DNA of 64,000 bases from an uncultured virus (IMG/VR IMGVR_UViG_3300012274_000057) (lineage: Duplodnaviria; Heunggongvirae; Uroviricota; Caudoviricetes), in IMG/VR virus record IMGVR_UViG_3300012274_000057, positions 124,001 through 188,000 of that record; one strand, 5' to 3'. Below are positions 49,027 through 57,008 of the stretch, one piece after another. The position numbers and the translations under genes were made by a program. The stretch's first letter is position 1. The number at the start of each line of letters is the position of its first letter. Under the pieces are notes generated by a model. The model was not told the origin of the DNA, searched no databases, and saw only the letters and a program-made list of their open reading frames with translations.

Positions 49027-49788
49027 TTATTGATATATAAAACTATAATCATACTCTTCTGTATATAAACTTATTTGATTATTATTTATTTTCTTTTCTA
49101 ACATTGTTATTTTATTTATATTTTTATACCCTTTATAGTTATAAGTATATTTAATTTCACTAGTTTTAGTTGTGTTATCATTATTTATAACACATATTTC
49201 TTTAATTAATTTATCTCTATTATACTCATAATTACATTTTATATTATTATTAGATTCATATAATCCATGTTGGCAATAAGATAAAATATTTCCTAATGTA
49301 TCTAATTTAACCAATCCTCTATCTTTATCAGATTGTATACATACATTTATACTTCCATCTTCATTATTAGCATATTGAAAATTAAATTTTTTATGTCTTT
49401 TAGCAGATGATAAATGTTTATTAAAACTTTCCTTAATAATACTAGTTACTAGATTTTCTTGATTTATAAGATAATTTATACAACCAGTAAACTGTCCTTT
49501 ATTATACGTATATATAAATTCTAATTTATTATTATAATATATATACTCTCTATACTTTTCCATTTTGTCATTAATTAATAAAAATATTTCACTTATTAAA
49601 TCTTTATACGAATGTATTAGATAAATTTTATTTTTCTTTTTACCATTTTGTATAATAGTCTCATATATTCTTCGTGAATTAGTATCAAAATCATAAATAG
49701 CATATTCTTTTTTATTACATAATACAGTGCATTTATTAATACTATTTTTAAACATCGTTACTAGTTCGTCATTACTAAACTTGAACAT
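49027..49788 (-). CDS. YD-like repeat family protein, similar to 47148-47906
   Basis: Tyr-rich hairpins; early-type motif at 49826-49836 (-). Confidence 0.55.
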   Translation of the reverse strand: MFKFSNDELVTMFKNSINKCTVLCNKKEYAIYDFDTNSRRIYETIIQNGKKKNKIYLIHSYKDLISEIFLLINDKMEKYREYIYYNNKLEFIYTYNKGQFTGCINYLINQENLVTSIIKESFNKHLSSAKRHKKFNFQYANNEDGSINVCIQSDKDRGLVKLDTLGNILSYCQHGLYESNNNIKCNYEYNRDKLIKEICVINNDNTTKTSEIKYTYNYKGYKNINKITMLEKKINNNQISLYTEEYDYSFIYQ

Positions 49789-49923
49789 AAATAATTTCCC
49801 CCTTTATTTTGTTTTTATACATTTATATAATATATAATTACCTTATTGTTTACATATAAGTAACAGTGCTATACTAACCATATAAGGATGATATAGTTAG
49901 TTGTAATAAATAAAAATATGACT

Positions 49924-49935
49924 AACAATAAAGTA
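49924..49935 (+). promoter_or_regulatory. late-type promoter motif AACA-N6-TA
   Basis: AACAataaagTA upstream of the helicase gene. Confidence 0.55.
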
Positions 49936-49955
49936 CTCAATTAAAAATAATAGGG

Positions 49956-51788
49956 GTGGATGTTATGAATTTAGAACGAAGAAAAAAATATCAAAATCAA
50001 GGTAGAACAGCAGTTCAAACAGATAAAAAAATAGATATAAATTTTGATTTAAATGCATTAAATTTAATGTGTGTATATGTATTATCAGAGAATAGAAATA
50101 TAAGAAGATCTCATCTAATAAATATGAGAAACTTATTTGAAATAATAGATTTAGATTTATATATAAATGATATAGAAAAAATGAAGAGAGTAAATTTTAT
50201 TAAAAAAGGATTGGAAGGAAAGCTATTACATAATTTAAAAAACTCTGTAATAGTTATGAAATATATAAATGGTGGATTAATGGATGATGATATTATTGAT
50301 ATAAATAATTTTGTATCATTATCCAATGAAGAGTTAATGTGGATTAATGAAACAGTATCAGAGTCTTTAAACTATGCTTTCATCTATAATGATATAGATA
50401 AGATGATTGATGTATGTACAAGATTTAAAGCTGCTGATTATAGAAGCAGAGGGGTTATAGTAGACGAAATACAAGGACTTATAAATGATATGCAGACTAA
50501 ATTCAGGAGGACAAGAGTTCAAAGTTTATCTGAAGTTAGTTTCTGTCTAAAACAAGGACTAATGGAAGAAGTAGTTGCAGATATTCATGAGCAATTAACA
50601 AGTCCATCACGTAGATTAATCACAGGAATGCAAGGATTAAATGAATTACTAGGTGGAGGATTTGAAAGTACTAGAGTTTATATGTTATTGGGTTTAACAG
50701 GTGTAGGTAAATCTGTAACATTATTAAATATAGCTTATCAAATTAAAAAATATAATAAATCTTATAAACCAAAAGACCCAACTAAAATTCCAGCAATTTT
50801 ATATGTAACGATGGAAAATACAGTTGCAGAGACTGTTGATAGATTGTTCACAATGTCTACAACAGCAGATGATATGAAAAATCATAGTAAAGAAGACGTA
50901 ATAAACATGCTTAGGACAGAAGGAGAATTATTCCTTACTGATTCTGATCCAATAGATATAGTAATTAAATTCGTGCCAGATAGATCGGTAGATACAGGAT
51001 ATCTATATACAATGGTTGAGGATTTAGAAGATGAAGGATATGAAGTAATAGCATTAGTACAAGACCATATTAAGAAAATAAGGTCAGCATATAAACATAA
51101 TGATATAAGATTGGAACTAGGTTCTATAGTGAATGAGTTTAAGGTATTTTCTGCTTTAAAGGACATGCCAGTTATAACTAACTCTCACTTAAATAGAGAA
51201 GCTGCTAGAGTTGTAGATGAAGGTAGGAAACATAATAAAGCTGATTTAACTAGAATGCTAGGACGAGCTAATGTTGGAGAATCAATGCTTATGATAGATA
51301 ACTTAGATTGTGCATTCTTAATAGGATTAGAATTTGATGCTCAAGGTAATAAATATATGGCATTTAATAGAATTAAAATGAGATATAAAGCTACAAATAG
51401 GGATTATATATGCCATCCGTTTGTTCCAGGAAATGGAATTAAACTTGTAGAAGATTATTATCTTCAAGTTCCTGTATTTAAAGATTCTCTCAAAGTACAA
51501 CCAGAGGAAAGTAGTCTTTATAATGCTCATCAAGTTCAAAGAAAAGAACCTGCGTATGCGAGTAATATTAGAGATATTGATGATATCCTTACTAATAAAA
51601 CTATTGATGATGATGTAAATATATTTACAGCTTCAAGATATATGTCACAACCTAATATCACCCAAATATATCTGGAAGAAGATAATGTAATAGATGTTGA
51701 AACAATGCCAGCATTAGTTGCAGGGAAGAGATCAACATCAACTCGTGAATTACAACCAATGGTAACATTTAAAAGAGATGTAGCGTAA
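49956..51788 (+). CDS. DnaB-like (SF4) replicative helicase
   Basis: TGMQGLNELLGGGF, GLTGVGKS (Walker A), YVTMEN, VQDHI, PVITNSHLNRE. Confidence 0.85.
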   Translation: MDVMNLERRKKYQNQGRTAVQTDKKIDINFDLNALNLMCVYVLSENRNIRRSHLINMRNLFEIIDLDLYINDIEKMKRVNFIKKGLEGKLLHNLKNSVIVMKYINGGLMDDDIIDINNFVSLSNEELMWINETVSESLNYAFIYNDIDKMIDVCTRFKAADYRSRGVIVDEIQGLINDMQTKFRRTRVQSLSEVSFCLKQGLMEEVVADIHEQLTSPSRRLITGMQGLNELLGGGFESTRVYMLLGLTGVGKSVTLLNIAYQIKKYNKSYKPKDPTKIPAILYVTMENTVAETVDRLFTMSTTADDMKNHSKEDVINMLRTEGELFLTDSDPIDIVIKFVPDRSVDTGYLYTMVEDLEDEGYEVIALVQDHIKKIRSAYKHNDIRLELGSIVNEFKVFSALKDMPVITNSHLNREAARVVDEGRKHNKADLTRMLGRANVGESMLMIDNLDCAFLIGLEFDAQGNKYMAFNRIKMRYKATNRDYICHPFVPGNGIKLVEDYYLQVPVFKDSLKVQPEESSLYNAHQVQRKEPAYASNIRDIDDILTNKTIDDDVNIFTASRYMSQPNITQIYLEEDNVIDVETMPALVAGKRSTSTRELQPMVTFKRDVA

Positions 51789-51790
51789 TG

Positions 51791-52207
51791 CTACATCTCT
51801 TCTAGTTTGTATCTATTATTTAAAATAAGTTCTTTCTCAGAATTATATATAGAAGATAATAATGATTGTACCACATCAACTCTAAGCATTTTTAGTTTTC
51901 TAAAATTAAATTCTTTTACATTACAAATATTATTCATATATAATATAAGAAAATATAATTCTGTTGAACCATATATATCATACGCTAATAATTTAGGTTT
52001 ATAAACATATTTCTGATATTCTGTTTCAGTAAACTCTACAGTAACTGATAGATCATTCAATTCGTGTAGATAGTCATTTAAAACATTGTATATTACTAGC
52101 TGTACATTATTCATTTTTTCTATTATAGATAATTCTTGATATGCGATCTTAGTAACTGGTGCAGATGCTATAAACTGTTCAACTGTATAAGTTTGTTCTG
52201 GTCTCAT
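51791..52207 (-). CDS. baseplate wedge-like protein (T4 gp53/LysM-like)
   Basis: YKPKLLAYDIYGSTELYFLILYMNNI resembles the gp53-type RPDxIAxxxYGxxxxxWxIL.xN motif. Confidence 0.6.
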   Translation of the reverse strand: MRPEQTYTVEQFIASAPVTKIAYQELSIIEKMNNVQLVIYNVLNDYLHELNDLSVTVEFTETEYQKYVYKPKLLAYDIYGSTELYFLILYMNNICNVKEFNFRKLKMLRVDVVQSLLSSIYNSEKELILNNRYKLEEM

Positions 52208-52209
52208 AA

Positions 52210-52761
52210 TTAAATCCTCCCTATTATTTTACATTCATTTATATTTCCACCTGCAAAAGATACTATAAATTTGTCTCCAGCTTTTCCTTGAGGGTCAGGA
52301 TTTTTAATGTCATGATTCAAGTCTGGAGCATCCATATTTATTCCAGATGATGATATAGGTGATTCTGCTATGACAGAATCTATTCTACTATCTGCATATG
52401 ATTTTATTTCATTCATTTTATTTTGTGCAAATTGTAATACTTCTGATATTCTATTATCTGAATCTGTTATACTTTTATTTACATAATCATATATATGATT
52501 ATAATCTGCTAATTGCAAAGGAACATACAAATTTATATAGTTTCCTGTAACTATATCTCCTATAACTAAGTTTTTGGAATCTTTATTCATTATATTTTTC
52601 TTTATAATAGAATGACTTATTGATTTGGCATATTTATTATCTATAAGTGACATTAGAGCAGGAATAAAAAATTGAACAGTATCTCCATATTTATAATCAT
52701 TCATTGCTATAGCGACTTCGTTATAATCGGTTTCTGTACCTATAAATGTTGAATTATTCAT
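52210..52761 (-). CDS. late hypothetical protein, possibly baseplate-associated
   Basis: co-oriented with the wedge-like gene; late-type motif at 52792-52803 (-). Confidence 0.5.
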   Translation of the reverse strand: MNNSTFIGTETDYNEVAIAMNDYKYGDTVQFFIPALMSLIDNKYAKSISHSIIKKNIMNKDSKNLVIGDIVTGNYINLYVPLQLADYNHIYDYVNKSITDSDNRISEVLQFAQNKMNEIKSYADSRIDSVIAESPISSSGINMDAPDLNHDIKNPDPQGKAGDKFIVSFAGGNINECKIIGRI

Positions 52762-52776
52762 TTTAACTTACCTCCT

Positions 52777-52803
52777 AACAATAAATTAAATTAATAAAAT
52801 GTT
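52777..52803. promoter_or_regulatory. pair of oppositely oriented late-type motifs
   Basis: AACAataaatTA (+, 52777-52788) and AACAttttatTA (-, 52792-52803). Confidence 0.6.
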
Positions 52804-52837
52804 GATACAATAAATTAAAAATTAGGAGTGATACTAA

Positions 52838-53278
52838 ATGGATAAAATTACGTATACAATAATGAATGAAATAGGATTAGATATAGACATTCTAGGAAGA
52901 GTAGTTGATCAGGATTATGATACAGTTATTTATATGAACGGTAAAACAATTAAAGCAAATTATAACGATAATATAAATACACCTATAGCTAGAAATGAGG
53001 TATTATTTAACCCATTATTCGATGCCAAACTTGGTAAATATTTATTTGGATACTATTTAAAAAAAATAGCAGAGTTAGATGAAAGAAAATTTGATTTATT
53101 CTATGCTCAACAGGATTCTACTGATAATAGAAAATCGTATTTAGAAATTAGGGGAGCAGATGAGGTTATACGTGGTAAATCATATTTCTCTGAAAGTCTA
53201 AAAATTATGGATTTACTTTTAAGAACAGCAGGTCATTTAGATACAGATTTGTCTTTTCTTGACAATCAAATGATATAA
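52838..53278 (+). CDS. hypothetical protein
   Basis: AGGAG RBS; 146 aa. Confidence 0.6.
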   Translation: MDKITYTIMNEIGLDIDILGRVVDQDYDTVIYMNGKTIKANYNDNINTPIARNEVLFNPLFDAKLGKYLFGYYLKKIAELDERKFDLFYAQQDSTDNRKSYLEIRGADEVIRGKSYFSESLKIMDLLLRTAGHLDTDLSFLDNQMI

Positions 53279-53296
53279 TGGAATGAGGTAATATAT

Positions 53297-54496
53297 ATGA
53301 GGCATATTACTTTAACAAAGAAACAGCAATATGTAGTAGATGAAGCCGCTAAATTCTGGAAAAGTGATTCTGAACAGATATTCCAATATGCTGGAGAAGC
53401 AGGAACAGGGAAGTCTATAGTTTTGGAAGCTATAAAAGAAAGATTAGGTATACCAGCAAGAAAAATAGCTCCTATGGCTTATATAGGTCAAGCAGCTATT
53501 ATTATGAGAATGAAAGGGATGACTAATGCCAAGACGGTTTACTCTTGGCTTTTTAATCCTGTTGAGGATTATTTATTAGACAAGGATGGACGTATTGTAA
53601 AAGATACATATTTCAATACTCCTAAATATACCATAAAATTTGAACCAAAACCTTTAGATGATATAGATTTAATGCTTATAGATGAAGCTCCATCGTGTCC
53701 ATATGATTTGAGAGGAGAAATCGTTTCAAGAAATAAAAAAATTATAGCTACTGGAGATTTAGGTCAACTACCTCCAGTATACGGAAAACCTGCTTTCTTG
53801 TATGAGGGTAAAGTTCATATATTAACAGATGTTATGGCTCAACAAAGTGGTTCTGCATTATTATATTTAGCTTATAGAGCGAGAAGAGGATTACCTATAC
53901 ACCCAGGATTTTATGGTGATGTATTAGTAATAGAAGAGAATGATTTAACAGATCAGATGATAATAGGTTCAGACATTGTCATATGTGCAAAAAATGCTAC
54001 AAGAGATAAAATAAATAAAAGAGTTAGACATGATATTCTACATATATATTCAGATTTACCTACTTGTGGTGAACGTGTAGTATGTAGGAGGAATAATTGG
54101 ACCACAGAAGTAGATGGAATAAATTTAGCAAATGGGTTACTAGGAACTGTAGTTAATATGCCTAGTGTTGAAGGTTTTGACGGAAAAGCATTTACTATGA
54201 GTTTTAAACCAAACTTTATAAATGGGTATTTCTCTAATTTAAAGTGTGATTATAACTATCTCATAGCTCCCCATGAACAAAAACAAATGTTAAAAAATAA
54301 TAAATTTAATCGATCTGAAAAATTTGAATTTGCTTATGCTATAACTTGTCATATGGCTCAAGGTGGCAGATTTAGAAATGGTATATATATTGAAGAATTT
54401 TTAAATAAAGATATACAAAATAATTTAAATTATACTGGTATAACCAGATTTTCTAATTCTCTGATATATGTAAAGAAAAGTAAAAAATACTACTAG
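53297..54496 (+). CDS. RecD/Dda-like superfamily 1B helicase
   Basis: GEAGTGKS, LIDEA, GDLGQLPPV, AYAITCHMAQG, YTGITR. Confidence 0.88.
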   Translation: MRHITLTKKQQYVVDEAAKFWKSDSEQIFQYAGEAGTGKSIVLEAIKERLGIPARKIAPMAYIGQAAIIMRMKGMTNAKTVYSWLFNPVEDYLLDKDGRIVKDTYFNTPKYTIKFEPKPLDDIDLMLIDEAPSCPYDLRGEIVSRNKKIIATGDLGQLPPVYGKPAFLYEGKVHILTDVMAQQSGSALLYLAYRARRGLPIHPGFYGDVLVIEENDLTDQMIIGSDIVICAKNATRDKINKRVRHDILHIYSDLPTCGERVVCRRNNWTTEVDGINLANGLLGTVVNMPSVEGFDGKAFTMSFKPNFINGYFSNLKCDYNYLIAPHEQKQMLKNNKFNRSEKFEFAYAITCHMAQGGRFRNGIYIEEFLNKDIQNNLNYTGITRFSNSLIYVKKSKKYY

Positions 54497-54512
54497 TAAA
54501 AATAAATTTAAT

Positions 54513-54523
54513 CATATATTATA
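54513..54523 (+). promoter_or_regulatory. early-type promoter motif (CATATATTATA)
   Basis: one-mismatch copy upstream of 54587. Confidence 0.6.
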
Positions 54524-54586
54524 GATATGAACTAGAATAGAATATAGTTCATATCTATAATAAATTATGAAGGAGAGATATAAATA

Positions 54587-54997
54587 ATGAATAATGATAA
54601 AGAATTAAAACCAATGGTAGTGTTTAACGAAGGGTTAAACGATGACGAAAGAGTAGCAAAAATAGCGAAAGTACTAGAATGCAATGAGAATAGAAACATT
54701 GCAGAAGAAGAGTTATTAAATGGCTCAAAGAAAAAATATCTTATCTTATATTATATGATAGGAGATGATAATGATATTATAAAAGGCTGGGATGAAATCA
54801 AAGGAAGAGAATCAGCTTTCAAATTTATAAAGAGCATGGTAGATAGTATAGATATACATGCTTCTAAGATAATGGTAGATACAGTTCCATTTTCAGAAGC
54901 TGTGAGTATATATGAGTTTATGCAACATGTACAAGGATTAATTGATGATGAGTTCGATATTGAAGATTACAATAACGGACAAAACATAATAGATTAA
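54587..54997 (+). CDS. acidic hypothetical protein
   Basis: AAGGAG RBS; N-terminal ELKPMVVF motif. Confidence 0.65.
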   Translation: MNNDKELKPMVVFNEGLNDDERVAKIAKVLECNENRNIAEEELLNGSKKKYLILYYMIGDDNDIIKGWDEIKGRESAFKFIKSMVDSIDIHASKIMVDTVPFSEAVSIYEFMQHVQGLIDDEFDIEDYNNGQNIID

Positions 54998-55016
54998 AAA
55001 TGAAAGGGGGATTATT

Positions 55017-55463
55017 ATGGCAGCAAAACATAATAATAACAAGAAAAAAAATAACTATTTTACAAAAGCAATTCAAAGGTATAATGACCCAGATTTTATA
55101 AAATATAAAAATGCCAAAGAATTAGAATTTGAGTCAAATATCATATTTAGAGAATTAGCTTCAGGAAAAATCGATATTGTTGAATTTGGATGTTACTTTG
55201 TAAATCCAGATTTATTAAATGCTATGATTAAGGTATCTTATGAGAAATATATATTCTATTATTATTCTCATCAAGGTATGCAAGCTTTAGCACAATTAAA
55301 AGGAGCAGATGCTACAATTTCTATGGTCCAAGATGCTCATAGAAGAAGCACAGAGGCTTATAGAATATTAAATGAAGGATTACAACATCTAGCAGCAACA
55401 GGTGACCCTAATCAAGTATTTGCATTAGCAAATCTGTTGTTTAATTATAGAAGTTGTTTTTAG
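55017..55463 (+). CDS. hypothetical protein
   Basis: AAGGGG RBS; 148 aa. Confidence 0.65.
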   Translation: MAAKHNNNKKKNNYFTKAIQRYNDPDFIKYKNAKELEFESNIIFRELASGKIDIVEFGCYFVNPDLLNAMIKVSYEKYIFYYYSHQGMQALAQLKGADATISMVQDAHRRSTEAYRILNEGLQHLAATGDPNQVFALANLLFNYRSCF

Positions 55464-55506
55464 GAATTACTTTCCTAACAATTAAATATATGATAAATAA
55501 AGGGGG

Positions 55507-55872
55507 ATGAGGAATATGACCAAAGAGCAAATAGGAAAATTAAAAGAACTATTTGATGAAAAAACATTTAGAATATTTGTAGATAACGCTATGATAGTAG
55601 ATGAAAGGGCTGAAGGTACAGAAATTGTTTGGGATGATGTTAATGAATTTATGTATGTTATAAGACCTAATTCTGTAAACTACAATAATCAAGCAAACCA
55701 ACCTTTTACATTTGAGATTTTTGCATATGAGAATATACAAAAAATCTTAACAGAAAATAATGAAGTAGAGATTAAAGATAAATTAAATATCTTAAAAAAT
55801 AATTCTCTACTTACAGAAGAACAATATAATAATATAATTGAAACTACTATAAAGAAATATAGAATAATATAA
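55507..55872 (+). CDS. hypothetical protein
   Basis: AGGGGG RBS; 121 aa. Confidence 0.6.
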   Translation: MRNMTKEQIGKLKELFDEKTFRIFVDNAMIVDERAEGTEIVWDDVNEFMYVIRPNSVNYNNQANQPFTFEIFAYENIQKILTENNEVEIKDKLNILKNNSLLTEEQYNNIIETTIKKYRII

Positions 55873-55886
55873 AAAAGTACATTGCA

Positions 55887-55911
55887 AACAAAATTATAAT
55901 TGTATATTATA
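55887..55911 (+). promoter_or_regulatory. adjacent late-type (55887-55898) and early-type (55901-55911) motifs
   Basis: AACAaaattaTA and TGTATATTATA. Confidence 0.6.
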
Positions 55912-55969
55912 GTAGTGTAAAATAATATAATAATAAATAAAATATATGAATTTTAAGGAGGAAATATTT

Positions 55970-56866
55970 ATGTTTAACAATTATGGACAACCACAACAAA
56001 ACTTATACGGTGCTGGATTCGGTAATGGAATGGGTATGCAATATGCACCTGTAAACCAAGCTAAAATGACTCAGCCACTAAGTGAAGAGGATAAGAAATT
56101 ATTAAGACAAAATTCAGATAATTTCAGTTTACAAGTTTCACCAATGGAGCTAAAAAGATCAGTATGTACCCACAAAGATGCTAATAAAATAACATTAATT
56201 GATAATGGAAATGGAACAGCTACATGCACAATTTGTGGTGCAACATTTGAACTAGTAAATGAGCCAGAAGAGCAAATCGAAGGATTAACTAGAGATGTAA
56301 TCAGTGTATTACAATCTATTAAAACTTACTTCTTAGATATACCAGAGCAGTACGCAAATGAATACTTTAAAGTAATTCCACTATTAGAGAAATTACCAGT
56401 ATTCTATAAAATGGCTAGAAGTAACTGGAGAAGATATGAGAATGCAAATCCATTACAAAATGCTAATGGAATGTACTCTTACAACTTACTTCAAAATATA
56501 ACAAGCCCTGGATATGCACAAGCACCAGGAATGATGCCACAAATGTCTCCATATGGAGCACCAATGGGAACACCAGCAATGGGTGGATATCCACAACAAT
56601 CACCAGATATGTTCGGAGGATACCCACAACAACAACAACAATCTTATGGAAATAACCCATTTGGAAATTATGGTCAAGCACCAGCTCCAGGATACAATCC
56701 AGCATTAGATGGTAGTTATGGTCAACAACAAGGTTATGGTCAAGCACCAGCTCCACAACCAACAAGTGGACCACAACCAACAGCAAGTTACCAACCACAA
56801 AATTTAAATAATACAGAGCGTGTAGAAAACGGACAAGTTAAAACTACAGCTACAATGACAGTATAA
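55970..56866 (+). CDS. zinc-finger protein with long Q/G/Y/P/M-rich low-complexity tail
   Basis: CTH...CTIC; C-terminal ~120 aa of YGQ/APG/PQQ repeats; AAGGAGG RBS places the start at 55970. Confidence 0.75.
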   Translation: MFNNYGQPQQNLYGAGFGNGMGMQYAPVNQAKMTQPLSEEDKKLLRQNSDNFSLQVSPMELKRSVCTHKDANKITLIDNGNGTATCTICGATFELVNEPEEQIEGLTRDVISVLQSIKTYFLDIPEQYANEYFKVIPLLEKLPVFYKMARSNWRRYENANPLQNANGMYSYNLLQNITSPGYAQAPGMMPQMSPYGAPMGTPAMGGYPQQSPDMFGGYPQQQQQSYGNNPFGNYGQAPAPGYNPALDGSYGQQQGYGQAPAPQPTSGPQPTASYQPQNLNNTERVENGQVKTTATMTV

Positions 56867-56876
56867 TATAATTAAA

Positions 56877-56904
56877 GAAGATGTAAGAGAAATCTTACAT
56901 CTTC
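56877..56904 (+). terminator. intrinsic terminator
   Basis: GAAGATGTAAGA-gaaa-TCTTACATCTTC. Confidence 0.75.
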
Positions 56905-56953
56905 ATTTTATTGTTATTATAACATATTTTTTCTATGTTACTGGTTATTGAAT

Positions 56954-56964
56954 TATATATTATA
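56954..56964 (+). promoter_or_regulatory. early-type promoter motif TATATATTATA
   Basis: exact motif upstream of gyrB. Confidence 0.7.
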
Positions 56965-57008
56965 TAATTGATAACAAGATAATAATGACGATGAAGGAGG
57001 ATTTAGGG

